NCBI RefSeq assembly: GCF_963921235.1
Contig: NC_086108.1
Span: forward strand, 93,994,001 to 94,058,000
DNA: 64,000 bases
DNA from: Mobula hypostoma
Lineage: Eukaryota
Reading direction: 5' to 3'
This document shows, one piece after another, positions 12,853 to 24,250 of this stretch (position 1 is the stretch's first letter; each line of letters begins with the position of its first letter). A program made the position numbers and the translations under genes. The notes below the pieces were generated by a model. That model was given only the letters and a program-made list of their open reading frames with translations, did no database searches and had not been told where the DNA came from.

Positions 12853-13559
12853 AAAAGCTGCATCTTGGTAGATGTGACAACAATAAACTAATTCCTGCAA
12901 TCACATCCTGAGAGCTGCCATGCCCAGTCATTTCCATCACTTGACCTGTGTTCTCCTCAGTCCCTGATCCTGATCCACTAGGGGAAGGCTCGTTCAATGT
13001 TGAAGGGGCAATGGCCGTATTTGGAATTGTAGCTGACAAAGAAATCAATCATTCTTGTTACTCTTTGGTGCTGAGGAAATTATGACACGTGATCACTTAC
13101 AAATACTAATTAGACAGGAGGAAAAGCCCTGCTCGCTGCATATCTCTTTCCGCAGCAGGATATGAGAGAATTGCTCTGTGGTACAAAGGAAAAGAAACAG
13201 TTATTAATACTGCGCACAGCTGAGATAACCTGTCTCAAAGTGTGAATAACAGCCATAAACACGACTCACAGCATGAGGAACAAAACAGTTTAATGGAAAG
13301 GATACCAAAATGTTCATGCTTTTTAAATTATTGCGAATATTATCCCTTTCAGAGCATAGAGCAGTTGATATAGCGAGAGCACAGGATTAAAAATCGAGTA
13401 CCACTACGGAATGGAAACGGGCTCTTCATCCCAGCTCAGCCATGCCAATCAACGTGCCCATCTGAGCTGATGCCACTTGCCTGCACTCGGCCTACATCTG
13501 ATAATCCAAGGTCGAAGCCTGAAGGTCGGTCAGAAGAAGGAAGTGAAAGCCCATCATTT

Positions 13560-13691
13560 ACACAAGAGATCCTGCAGGTGCTGGAAGTCCCGAGCAACGC
13601 ACACAAAATGCCAGAGGAACCCAGCAGATGAGGCATCATCGGCGGAGAGGAATATACAGTCGACGCTTTGGGCCGAGACTCTTCATTAGGA
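13560..13691 (-). mobile_element. Penelope-like pseudo-LTR fragment, degenerate hammerhead
   Basis: Minus strand tcctaatgaagagtctcggcccaaagcgtcgactg plus the family tail. Confidence 0.75.
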
Positions 13692-14607
13692 AGTTAAAGC
13701 CTGATGGCTGAAGCCTGGAAACTGGAGGCCCGGTGGCCTGTCCTGTAATCTGTGGGTGGGTGGGAGGGAGGAGGAAGGGGGCTTGTTTTGCTGTTGTCTT
13801 GTTGCTTGTCGTGCTCTGTGTTGTTCTGCTGGGCATCGTGGGCAAGCTACATTGGCGCCATAATGTGTGGCGACACTTGCGGCCTGCTCCCCAGCACATC
13901 CTTAGGTATGTTGGTGGCAAACGCAAACAACACATTCACTGTATGTTTCCATGGACATGTGACAAATAAATCTGAATCTGGGTCTGAATATCCCTCCAAA
14001 CCGTTCCTATCCAGGAAACTACCAAATGCACATCGCACCACTTCCACTGGCGGCTCGTTCCACCTGCACACTACGCTCTGGTGAAGAAATTACTCCTCAA
14101 GTCCTTTGTAAACCTTTCCCCCTTCCCCTTTCATCTCAAACCTATGCCCTCCAGTCTTTGATTCCCTTTTGAGGGCATATGTACAAAGTTAAGGGAGGGA
14201 AGTTTAGGGGAGACATCAGGGGTAAGTTTTTTTACACAGAGGGTTGTGGGTGCCTGGAATGACTTGCCAGGGATGGTGGTGGAGGCTAAAACATCAGGGG
14301 TATTTAAGAGCCTCTTGGACAGGCACAGGGATGAAAGAAAAATAGAGTATTTCGGGGTAGTGTGGGTTTAGTATGTTTTTTTAAGGAATATATGGGTCAG
14401 CACAACATCAAGCGCCGAAGGGCCTGTACTGTGCTGTGGTGTTCTAGTGTTCTAGTGTTTTTCTGGGAAAAAGACTGTGTGCATTCACCCTATGATTTTA
14501 TACAAGGTCATCCCCTCAGTCCCCTATGCTTCAATGAATACAACGTTCATGGACTCAGAATCTTGGACTACATCTGTTTTGTGTGATTGTTCTTTACTGA
14601 TATCTTT

Positions 14608-15268
14608 TTTTTAGATTATGAGGACGCACAGTCCTCTTTTATTGTCATTTAGTAATGCATGCATCAAGAAATGATAATATGTTCCTCCAGTGTGATATCA
14701 GAGAAACACAAGACAGACCAAGACTGAAAAACTGACAAAAACCACATAATTGTAACATATAGTTACAACAGTGCAAGCAATACCGTAACTTGATGAAGAA
14801 CAGGCCATGGGCAAGGTAAAAAAAAGTTCAAATTCTCTCGAAAGTCCCATCATCTCAGGCAGACGGATGAAGGAAGAAAACTCTCCCTGCCATGAGCTTC
14901 CAGCGCCACAAACTTGCCGATGCAGCATCCTGGAAGCACCCGACCACAGTCTGACTCTGAGTCGTCCAAAAACTTCAAGCCTCCGACCAGCCCTCCGACA
15001 CCGAGCACCGAGTGCTTCGACCCCAGCCCCGGCCGCCAGCAACAGGAAAAGCTGAAGATTTGGGGCCTTCCCTCCGGAGATTCTCAATCACACAGTAGCA
15101 GCGGCAGTGAACCGGGCATTTCAGAAGTTTCTCCAGATGTTCCTCCGTGCTTCTCACGTCTGTCTCCATCAAATCAGAATTGTGCACGGCCCCTATTTAA
15201 CACATACGATATCATTTCATCGGAGAGGCGTGCGCGCTGCATCGCGCCGCTATCTTCTCCTCCCGCCT
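14608..15268 (-). mobile_element. CpG-rich non-autonomous retroposon with 3' stem-loop
   Basis: Minus strand starts aggcgggaggagaagatagcggcgcg and ends aataaaa-GAGGAC-tgtgc-GTCCTC-ataatctaaaa; a 3'-only copy lies at ~17595-17702. Confidence 0.65.
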
Positions 15269-16107
15269 CCAGAAAATACAGAAATATGTACTTTCTGTCT
15301 GAGATGTGCTATATGTGCCTTGGGCTGTGTGTGGCTGTTGCACCTTGGCCCCAGAGTAATGCTGTTTCATTTGGATGTGTTCATGGATATTTATGTATGG
15401 TTGAATGGCAATTAAACTTGAACCTGAACTTGAATAAAGTCCTACATCCCCGGCCTCATCCTATCACTCTGGCCTTTCAGTCCTGGCAACATTCTCAGAA
15501 ATCTTTTTGCAATCTTTCCATCTTAATGATGGTAGCAGGGTGACCAATAGAATCAGAGGAGAAAATAACTACCAAAAGGAACAGTTAACTCAAAACCGTC
15601 AGTGGGGCAGTGCGCTAATGTTGTGTGCGTGCAACATTATTACCATATCAGTGACTTGGGTTCGATTCCCACCGCTGTCTGTTGGGAATTTCTACCTACT
15701 CCCTGTGACTGCATAGGTTTCCTCCGGGTGCTCTGGTTTCCTCCCACAGCCCAAAGGTGTATGGGTTCGTAGGTTAATTGGTCACATGGTGTAACTGGGC
15801 TGTGCAAGCTCATTGGCTGGAAGGGCTTGTTACCATGCTGTGTCTCTAAATAAAACAAATTAAAAATAAATACTGTCAGTATCAATGAGAAATGCAGAAC
15901 TCAAGGCAATATTATTATTGATATGCCTTTTACCCTTACAAAGGGGGGAGGGGGTGATGCCTGCTAAGGGGAACCAGTTCAGTTCATGTGCAAAGTCCAA
16001 TTGTTCCACAAAAAATTTCATTCCACAAACCTGGCTCATTGGAAATCATCAAAGTATATAGTTATGAAGCAATTGCAAAGATCACCAGTAATTCTGAAGA
16101 TCCTGAC

Positions 16108-16321
16108 TGTTGTGTATTTAATATTTTGGTAATATTTGAGTAATCTCCTTATTCATTTACATAGTTCATTGTGGGTTATATGTGAACTGTATATATCATC
16201 GCACTACCATGTGATATGTGTGTGCCTTGCTTAAAGTAAAGAATAAACTAAGACTCAGATCTCTTGGCTCTCTTGTTTTCCTTTGAATTGGTTTAATGTT
16301 TTGAAGCTACAAAGTAGAACA
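16108..16321 (+). mobile_element. Solo LTR of an LTR retrotransposon
   Basis: TG...CA termini (tgttg...gaaca), exact 5-bp flanking direct repeat CTGAC (16103-16107, 16322-16326), internal AATAAA. Confidence 0.8.
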
Positions 16322-18509
16322 CTGACCACATTCTTATCATTCGGCACGTTTGTCAAAGCCCTGAGTCACAGATAGAAGGAAACGTTTGCAGCTTGCAAAT
16401 CAATGCGCACTTGTGATACGGAAGCATCTGCCAAGCTGGTGAATGAGCAAGTGTTCAATAACCCTCGCCATCAGCGAGAAGTGTAGACAGAGACCATGGA
16501 GGGGTGGCCGATAGCTGTGATGCACTGATGTCTCCAGTTCCCTGCGGTCCTGGGCAGAGCAGTTGCCATACCAATTTGTGACGCAAAAAGTTTAAAAGGG
16601 ACCCAAGGTGAAACATTTTCACATGGAAGGGTGCCAAGGTAACGTAGCAGTTAGTCTACAGCGCCAGTAATTGGTTTCCATTCCACTGCGGACTGTAAGG
16701 AGTTTGCTTTCCCTCCCTATGACCACATGGAATTCCTCAGGGTTCCTCCTTCAATCCAAAGACATACAGGTAAAAACAATAACAAAACGCTTTATAAAGG
16801 GCAACAGCCACAGAGAAAGTGCAAGATCATAATGATGTGGGACCACGCCCCCACCCACCACCGCCCAGGCCATGCTCGCTCATGCTCGCTTCTCACCGCT
16901 GAGATCAGGAAGAAGGTACAGGAGCCTCAGGACTCTCACCACCAGGTTCAGGAACAGTTATTACCCGCCAGCTATCAGGCTCCTGAACCAGAGGGGTTAA
17001 CTTCACCCAATGTCATTTGCCCCTTCGCTGAAATGTTCTCACAACCTATGGACTCGCTTTCAAGGCCTCTTCAACTCATGTCCTCAATATTTATTGCTTA
17101 TTTGCTTACTATTATTATTTCCTTTTCCTTTTGTCTTTTGCAGGCTGGTTGTTTGTCCACTCTGTTGGTGCTGTCTTTCATGGTGGTTCTATTATGATTC
17201 TTGGATTGTCTGAGTATGCCCGCAAGAAAACTAATTTCAGGGTTGTATATGGCAACATATATGTACTCTGAAAATAAATTTACTTTGAATTTTGAACTTT
17301 GTGGGGTTGAGTCCATTTTAATGTACTGGGGAACCATTCCAGAGTGTTTCTGCTCCACATCATAGTGTTGGCCCATTTCTCTCTGAACCGTGTTGTTATA
17401 CTATTTATATGTATTATGTATTGTATTTGTATGTATGAGTGTATTATGTTATGCATTTATATTTATTGTGTTTTTTATTATTGTGGGTTTTTTTGTGCTG
17501 CATCAGATCCAGAGTAACAATTATTTCGTCTACCTTCACACTTGTGTACTGGAAATGACACTAAACAAGATTGAATATTTGAAGATTGAATATTTTTTAG
17601 ATTATGAAAACACTCAGTCCTCTTTTATTGTCATTTAGAAATGCATACATGCATTAAGAAATGATACAATGTTTCTCCAGGGTGATATCACAGAAACAAG
17701 ACTAACACTGAATATTGAGGTAGAGATTAGGGTTGTTCGGGGGGTTCAAGAACTGAATGGTTGAAGGGAAGTAGCTGTTCTTGAACCTCATGCTGTGGAA
17801 CTTCAGGCACCTGCTGTCCAATGGTAGCTGCGAGAAGATGGCATGGTCCAGATGGTGGGGATCTTCAATAATAGATATTGCCTTCTTGAGACAATGCTTC
17901 ATACAGGTACCGCTGATGGTGGAGAGTAATGTGCCAGTAATGTATTGGACTGAGTACACTCCCTCTACAGTTTCTTACAATCCTGTGCAATCAAGCTGCC
18001 TTACTGCCGCGTAGAGAAGGAAACAGATTTAGCATTTTCAGACAATGACCATTCATCTGCTGACCAGCAGGATTGGAGTTCCATGCGGGCAGGAGGCACA
18101 AGGGCTGGTGACCCCCGAGTACGCGAGTCGTCAGGACCGGAGTTCGAGGTCTGGAATTCAGGGTCCCATCACTGGCACATCTGACCGTCGATACCAAAGA
18201 TCAAAGCCCAAAGGATGTCCGGAAATCAAGGCCTGATGGAGAGGCCCTGGGTCTGTGAGTGCGAGTGCACTGGGGAAGTTGGATACCCCATGTCTGCGAG
18301 TCCACAAGACCAACTGAGGCTGGTGTCCCAGAGGTGGTCTGTCCTGGGGTTGGTGACTGCCTGGGTGTGGGTGAATGGGAGAGAGAAGGGGGCTTGCTTT
18401 GCTGTTGTTGTTTTGCGGACTGCCCCAAGCACATCCCCAGCTTATGGTGGTTGTTAACGCAAATGACACACCTTACTGTATGTTTCAATGTGCACATAAT
18501 TAATAAATT

Positions 18510-18875
18510 AGGGTGGCGGAGTAGGGAAACATCTTTACCAAAGGAGATGTAAGGCACCCCTGCCCTCCACTAGTCTGCAGGTTGCTCTTGGGCAAGGTGT
18601 AGCATCTCCTCAGCCAGCTGATCAGGGTCGAGTGAAGCCATGGAAGCAGGTGGTGGATGGTTGTACGAACAGTTGGTGCGTGTCACAAGTCCTGGTTAGG
18701 CAACCACTGACACCAGGCAGACAATCTCTGAAGAGTATTGATAGTGGCTGGGGTTACCCGTCCTGTAAAGACACTGCCCAGAAGAAGGCAATGGCAAACC
18801 ACTTCTGTAGAAAAATCTGCTAAGACAATCGTGGTCATAAAGATCATGATTGCCCATGTCATACAAAACAGCACA
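18510..18875 (+). mobile_element. RTE-related SINE-like element
   Basis: Contains gaagaaggcaatggcaaaccacttctgta, resembling the Bov-B/Bov-A-type motif, and ends in a (GAT)n tail. Confidence 0.65.
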
Positions 18876-19053
18876 TGATGATGATGATGCTGCTGCTGCT
18901 GATGATGATGATGATGCTGCTGATGATGATGATGATGCTGCTGCTGATGATGATGATGATGCTGCTGATGATGATGATGATGATGATGCTGCTGCTGATG
19001 ATGCTGCTGATGATGATGATGATGCTGCTGATGATGATGATGATGCTGATGAT
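18875..19053. repeat. Compound (GAT)n(GCT)m trinucleotide array
   Basis: About 60 triplets alternating GAT and GCT runs, read directly. Confidence 0.98.
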
Positions 19054-20837
19054 AATTAAATGAACTTGAATCCATATCTGACCTGCTGAGTATCTCTAGC
19101 ATTTTCTGTTTTTATTTTAGAATTGTTGAAGCCGATGTCAAATCCACACATATGTTGTCATCCTCGCGTTACTCATTCTTGTCCACACTGCCCGTTCATT
19201 TCATTGCCAAAGAGCATAGAATCATAGACCACTGTAGCACAGAACCCAGCCCTTCAGCCCATCTAGTCTATGCCTAGTCTCAACAATCCACACCTGGCCA
19301 TAGCCCTCCAGACACCTTCCGTCCATGTACATATCCAAATAGCTCTTTACACTACAGCCTTCTTTGTTTCTCAGAGCAGGACCATCCTGGCTTGCTACAC
19401 GTTTCGTCTTTCTCTGCCTCTGACCTTACTTATTGCCTTTCATGGACTCCAGCAGATTTTCTTGCTCATGATAGTTGCTAATTGGCGGAGCATGTGTCCA
19501 AGCTGCACTCACACATCGTGGGGTAGCTCTTGACTCTGTGTGATAATGTATAACAGCTGATAACCATTTCTGTCCCTTGAAAGCAAGAATGTAAACCTGG
19601 CTGCCACATCCAGTACGCCACCGCACAGTCTGAATCCAACTCAGTGATTTCCTGATCTCAACAGGGACCAATGAGAAAGACAACTGTAAGAAAGACTCCT
19701 TGTGCTGTGGACATTATAATCTTCAGGCTTTGAAAACTGCATTAAATATTGAATCCACCAGCAATGCGTCCTGCCCATGAGAGAGTGAACGTGCACTGTG
19801 CTACTTTCATCACAGGGCTTGTTTTGGTCAAATTCCAGAATTCTGTTATCTAAACACTGCTTCCTGGAACATACTTCAGCATTCCCAGCATCCGAGTGAG
19901 GTGCCCACGGTAAATATCACAATCAGAATCAAGATTAATATCATCGACATATGTTGTAAAATGTGCTGTTTTGTGCAATACATTAAAAAAACTTGAATTA
20001 CAATAAGAAATATATGTTTAAAAATTAAATTAGTGCAAAAATAAAGGCAAAACATAGTGAGGTAGTGTTCATGGGCGGGTTCACTGTCCATTCAGAAATC
20101 TGATGGCGGAGGGGAAGGAGTTGTTCCTGAAACGTTGAGTGTGTGTGTCTTCATGCTCCTGTGTCCCACCTCAGGTGGTAGCGATGAGGAAGAAGTCATG
20201 CCCTGGGTGATGATGATCCTTGATGATGGATGCCACCTTTTCAGGGCATCACCTTGTAAAAATGTCCTCAGTGCTGAGGAGAGTGGTGCCCATGATGGGG
20301 CTGGCTGAGTTTACAACCCTCTGATGCTTTTTCCTTTCCTGTGCAGATAGTGATGCAACCTGTTAGAGTGCACTCCATGGTACGTGTAGAAATCTGCTAG
20401 ACTCTTTGGTGACATAACACATCTCCTCAAACTCCTAATGAAATATAGTGTGAGTCAGTGGAAGTTCTCCCTGAAGAGAGGGGGTTACACTGGGAGACCA
20501 CAAGCCACACTCTGCTTAATTTAGAGTAACTAAGCTCTCATGGTGTACCCATCACCTAGAATGGCTCACCATTAAGCCTTTCTATATTTTCAAACCCTTA
20601 TACTGTCTCACCCCTCTCTACCTCCCTCATGTCTCCCTGCAACCACAATCTACCCCATCATCCCATGGCCTAAAGCTCACCAAATACCTCCAATTCCTGC
20701 CCTGTAACCAACCCTGAAATTTCCTGGTCTGAATGGTTCAACAATTCACCAAATAAACTTCCTTCACTGTTCACTGCACTTTGGACACACACTGTCAGAT
20801 TCATCTACATTGGGCAGACCCTCTGCCTGAAAGCAGT

Positions 20838-21400
20838 TGGTTGTTCGAAAATCGTTGACATCAATGAGGACCTCGACACCATTATGATGGTGTTGAGACT
20901 AGCGCGTGATTTGGATTTAAGTGAGGGAGAGTTGCGCAGCGTCAGCCTCACTCTCTCTTCCCAATTCCCATCTGGATCCAGTGGAAGACAGAGTCTAGAC
21001 GGCTGGAGATGGGACTAGGCGCAGTAGATGACCAGGACAACTTCTGTGTCTTGTCGTGCTCTACACGTTCCACGATGCTTGCAGAGACCGCCTTCGTGAC
21101 TGTTGGACCTTCCATTGGTCTCGTCCGCTCAATCCGCCGGAGTCTGTCTTCACACGCTGGGATAGACAACTCCCTATCTCACCAAGGGTTTGAGACCCGT
21201 CGGCTACCCTCACCTGGTTTAGCCGGCTTGTCGAAGCCGTTGCCCAGGGTGTGGCCATTGTCGCATGCAAACAGCTACAGGGAGCCACAGGTGAGAGCTG
21301 AGTGCCAGGTGGGGACCAAAGGTGGACTAACCGCCCTGAAAAGGATGCGACATGTTCCCCCACCAGAGGTGCTACCCCTCCCTGACACCCCATACATCCC
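20838..21400 (-). mobile_element. Apparently full-length RTE-derived non-autonomous element with 8-bp TSD
   Basis: Flanked by AAAGCAGT at 20830-20837 and 21401-21408; CpG-rich; body resembles the 5'UTR of vertebrate RTE-1-type LINEs (ttggatttaagtgagggaga...cagcctcactctctc...ggctggagatgg). Confidence 0.8.
21206..21391 (-). ncRNA. HDV-like self-cleaving ribozyme candidate
   Basis: P1 GGGGUGU/ACACCCU, P2 GCUCUCACCUGU/A(C)CAGGUGAGGGU, P3 GGC/GCC, L3 starting UCC, GG for P1.1, P4 CGGCUU-CGAC-AAGCCG, J4/2 GCUAA; folded by eye. Confidence 0.65.
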
Positions 21401-21556
21401 AAAGCAGTAATGTGCCAGCGTGTGAGGTTACAACTGCAAGAATTTAGATGTGGGTAGCTGCAGAGTTTATAGACGGGTTAAATTGCTTGTAGGAATCCCG
21501 TACTAGGACTTATGTCAGAATCTTGGGAGCCTGTCAGGAAGTTGCCCAAGTTCTGA

Positions 21557-21653
21557 CGAATAAACTCTTCTTGGGCTTCTTGCTGTATGCGGGTATCAAT
21601 TATAACCAACGTTTCAATGACAAACTCTGCCACCTTCTTCAGGGATGTACCCA
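21557..21653 (-). mobile_element. Isolated Penelope pseudo-LTR end with hammerhead motif (same family as 5056-5152)
   Basis: aataaactcttc...gtatc.attataacc.acgtttcaatgacaaactc..ca.cttc.tcagggatg matches 5057-5145. Confidence 0.8.
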
Positions 21654-21897
21654 GCTGGCAGCCCGAGAAAAATTAATTCATCATATACGCCAAGAAAAAA
21701 TTAGATCCTTTTTGCCTAGGTTCTGTTAGTGCTGGTGACATCTCACAAATCCAAACCTGAGCGAATGCTTAGGACAGGATTAAATGACCACGTACAGAGA
21801 GATTTATTGTTAGCTGCTGTTATTTTTTTGCTCATTTGCTATTCTTATCAGGGAGTTGAACAAAATGACAGCCAAACAAAATGGCCGAGCAAACCGT

Positions 21898-22040
21898 AAA
21901 CACACGAGATTCTGCAGATGCTGGAAATCCAGGGTAAAAAACACACAAAATGCTGGAGGAACTCAGCAGGTCAGGCAGCATTTATGGAGAGGAATAAACA
22001 GTTGACATTTTGGTCCAAGACACTTCATCAAGACTGAAAA
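21898..22040 (-). mobile_element. Penelope-like pseudo-LTR fragment, degenerate hammerhead
   Basis: Minus strand cagtcttgatgaagtgtcttggaccaaaatgtcaactg plus the family tail. Confidence 0.78.
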
Positions 22041-23230
22041 GAGGAGAAGAAGAAGTCCGAATAAGCCCTGGGGTTTACTGGGTTGAGTAAAACCCAGAGC
22101 TTAGATCTAATAACTCCAGTTCTCTACTGTTTTACAGATGAAGCGTAATCACTGTTTGTTTTACTATGGTAGGGGTGTGTGTGTGTGTGTGTGTGATCAT
22201 CACAATGGCCGAAGTTCAGAGTTCAACCTGGAATGCACTGTACTGAATAATGTGGGTACACAATGGGGACCTCAACTGTCTTGACTGTTATACTTTGGTG
22301 CTGGGGATAGATTTACTGTCTCTAAAATCTGATATTGGCATGGAAGGAGGCCACTTGCCCCATCAAGACAATGCTGGCTTACAGGGCATTCCTAGTTGTC
22401 CCCATTCCCTGATTTGTTTCCCTGTGGCTTGTTCTCTCTCACATGTCCATCAACTCCCAGTTCTCCCGCACCCACCTACACCAGTTAACCCATCACAAGG
22501 ACATTCTAGTGACATGAGAGCAAACCAGAGTACTTGGAGGACACCCATCCAGTCCCAGGGAGAAACTGTGAGCAGCAGAACCACAGAACTGAGGATCAGA
22601 ATTGAATGCAGTTCTCAGGAGCATGGTGGCAGTAGGACTGACAACAGCACAATGGTTTTGCTTTGCCTTGTACTAAGTGCATAACTGCATATGTTTTCTG
22701 CCCTGTAATTCTAGTAAAATGATCAAATTTGCATAAAGTGTAATCTGAAGAACACATCAGACCTCAAACCTTGACTCTCTGGCCAATGATACCCCGGAAA
22801 ACACAACCTTTTTCACACTTGGTTAGCCAGGTCGGTCAGCAGGTCTGGATATCAGACTCTAGCAATCCCCGAACACGGACGTCGGGTCAGCAGACGCTGA
22901 GGATGAAGACCTGCAGTCTCTGAGGACGAGGACAATGGTCTGCGGGCCCCGAGGACAAGGGCCAGTAATTCTGATGGGGGGATTGGAGGGTGTGAATAGG
23001 TTTCTTTCGCTGTTGCTGTGTTGGTCTTGTGTCTGAATTGGCTGTGTGTTGTCCTGCTGAACATTGGGAGCAAACTAGGTTGGCACTGGAAGCATGGTGA
23101 CTGCCCCAACACGTTTCCAGACTGTTGGTTGTTAATACAAACGACGCATTCCACTGCATGTTTCGATGTACATGCGACAAATCTAATCTAAACCTGCACT
23201 TATAACTCCCTGCTTCATCTAATTTGAACT

Positions 23231-24250
23231 TGAATTGAATTGAATTGACTTTATTACTTACATCCTTCATATACATGAGGAGTAAAAATCCTTACATTAC
23301 GTCTCCATCCAAATGTGCAAAGTGCAATCGTAATAATTTATGATAAATATTATGTACAGCAGAACAGTCAATATAACATAGAAATACAAATGTATCAGCA
23401 TGAACTAATCAGTCTGTTGGCCTGGTGGAAGAAACTGTCCCGGAGCCTGTTGGTCCTGGCTTTTATGCTGCGGTACTATTTCCTAGATAGTAGGAACTGG
23501 AACAGTTTGTGGTTGGGGTGACTTAGGTCCCCAGTGATCCTTTGGGCCCTTTTTACACACCTGTCTTTGTAAATATCCTGAATAGTGGGAGTTCACACCT
23601 ACAGATGTGCTGGGCTGTCCGCACCACTCTCTGCAGAGCCCTGCGATTGAGAGAAGTAAAGTTCCCATACCAGGCAGTGATGCAGCCAGTCAGGATGCTC
23701 TCAATTATGCCCCTCTAGAAAGTTCTTAGGATTTGGGGGCCCATAGCAAATTTCCTCAACCGTCTGCGGTGAAAGAGGCACTGTTGTGCTTTTTTCACCA
23801 CACAGCCGGTATGTACTGACCACGTGAGATCTCGATGATGTGTATGCAGAGGAACTTAAAGCTGTTCACCCTCTCAACCCCAGATCCACTGATGTCAATA
23901 GGGGTTAGCCTGTCTCCATTCCTCCTGTAGTCCACAACCAGCTCCTTTGTTTCTGCGACATTGAGGGAGACGTTGTTTTCTTGACACCACTGTGTCAGGG
24001 TGATGACTTCTCTGTAGGCTGCCTCATTATTGTTTGAGATTAGGCCAATCAATGTAGTATCATCAGCAAATTTAATTAGCAGATTGGAGTCATGGGTATA
24101 CAGAGAGTAAAGGAGGGAACTTAGTACACAGCCCTGAGGGTACCTGTGTTGAGGGTCAGAGGGGCAGAGGTGAGGGAGCCCACTCTTACCACCGACCAGC
24201 GATCTGACAGCAAGTCCAGGATCCAACTACTCAAGTCAGGGTGGAGGCCT
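23231..24250 (-). mobile_element. Rex1/Babar-clade LINE RT remnant to 3' end
   Basis: PQGCVLSSLLYSLYTHD..IKFADDTTLIGLI...WCQENNVSLNVAETKELVVDYRR; (CAATT)n tail. Confidence 0.9.

Noticed and set aside
14914..15543. 209-aa ORF
   Set aside because: Antisense read-through of a GC-rich retroposon into an adjacent repeat; no domain recognised.
18510..18620. HDV-like ribozyme at the 5' end of this RTE-related element
   Set aside because: Has a possible P1, GGGCAA and a small hairpin, but I could not place P2/P3/L3 in the required order.
18683..19102. His/Gln-rich and Asp/Ala-rich ORFs
   Set aside because: Translations of the GAT/GCT microsatellite.
19423..19500. Minus-strand donor AA|GTAAGG after ..LLESMKGN
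   Set aside because: No matching acceptor, promoter or recognisable peptide.
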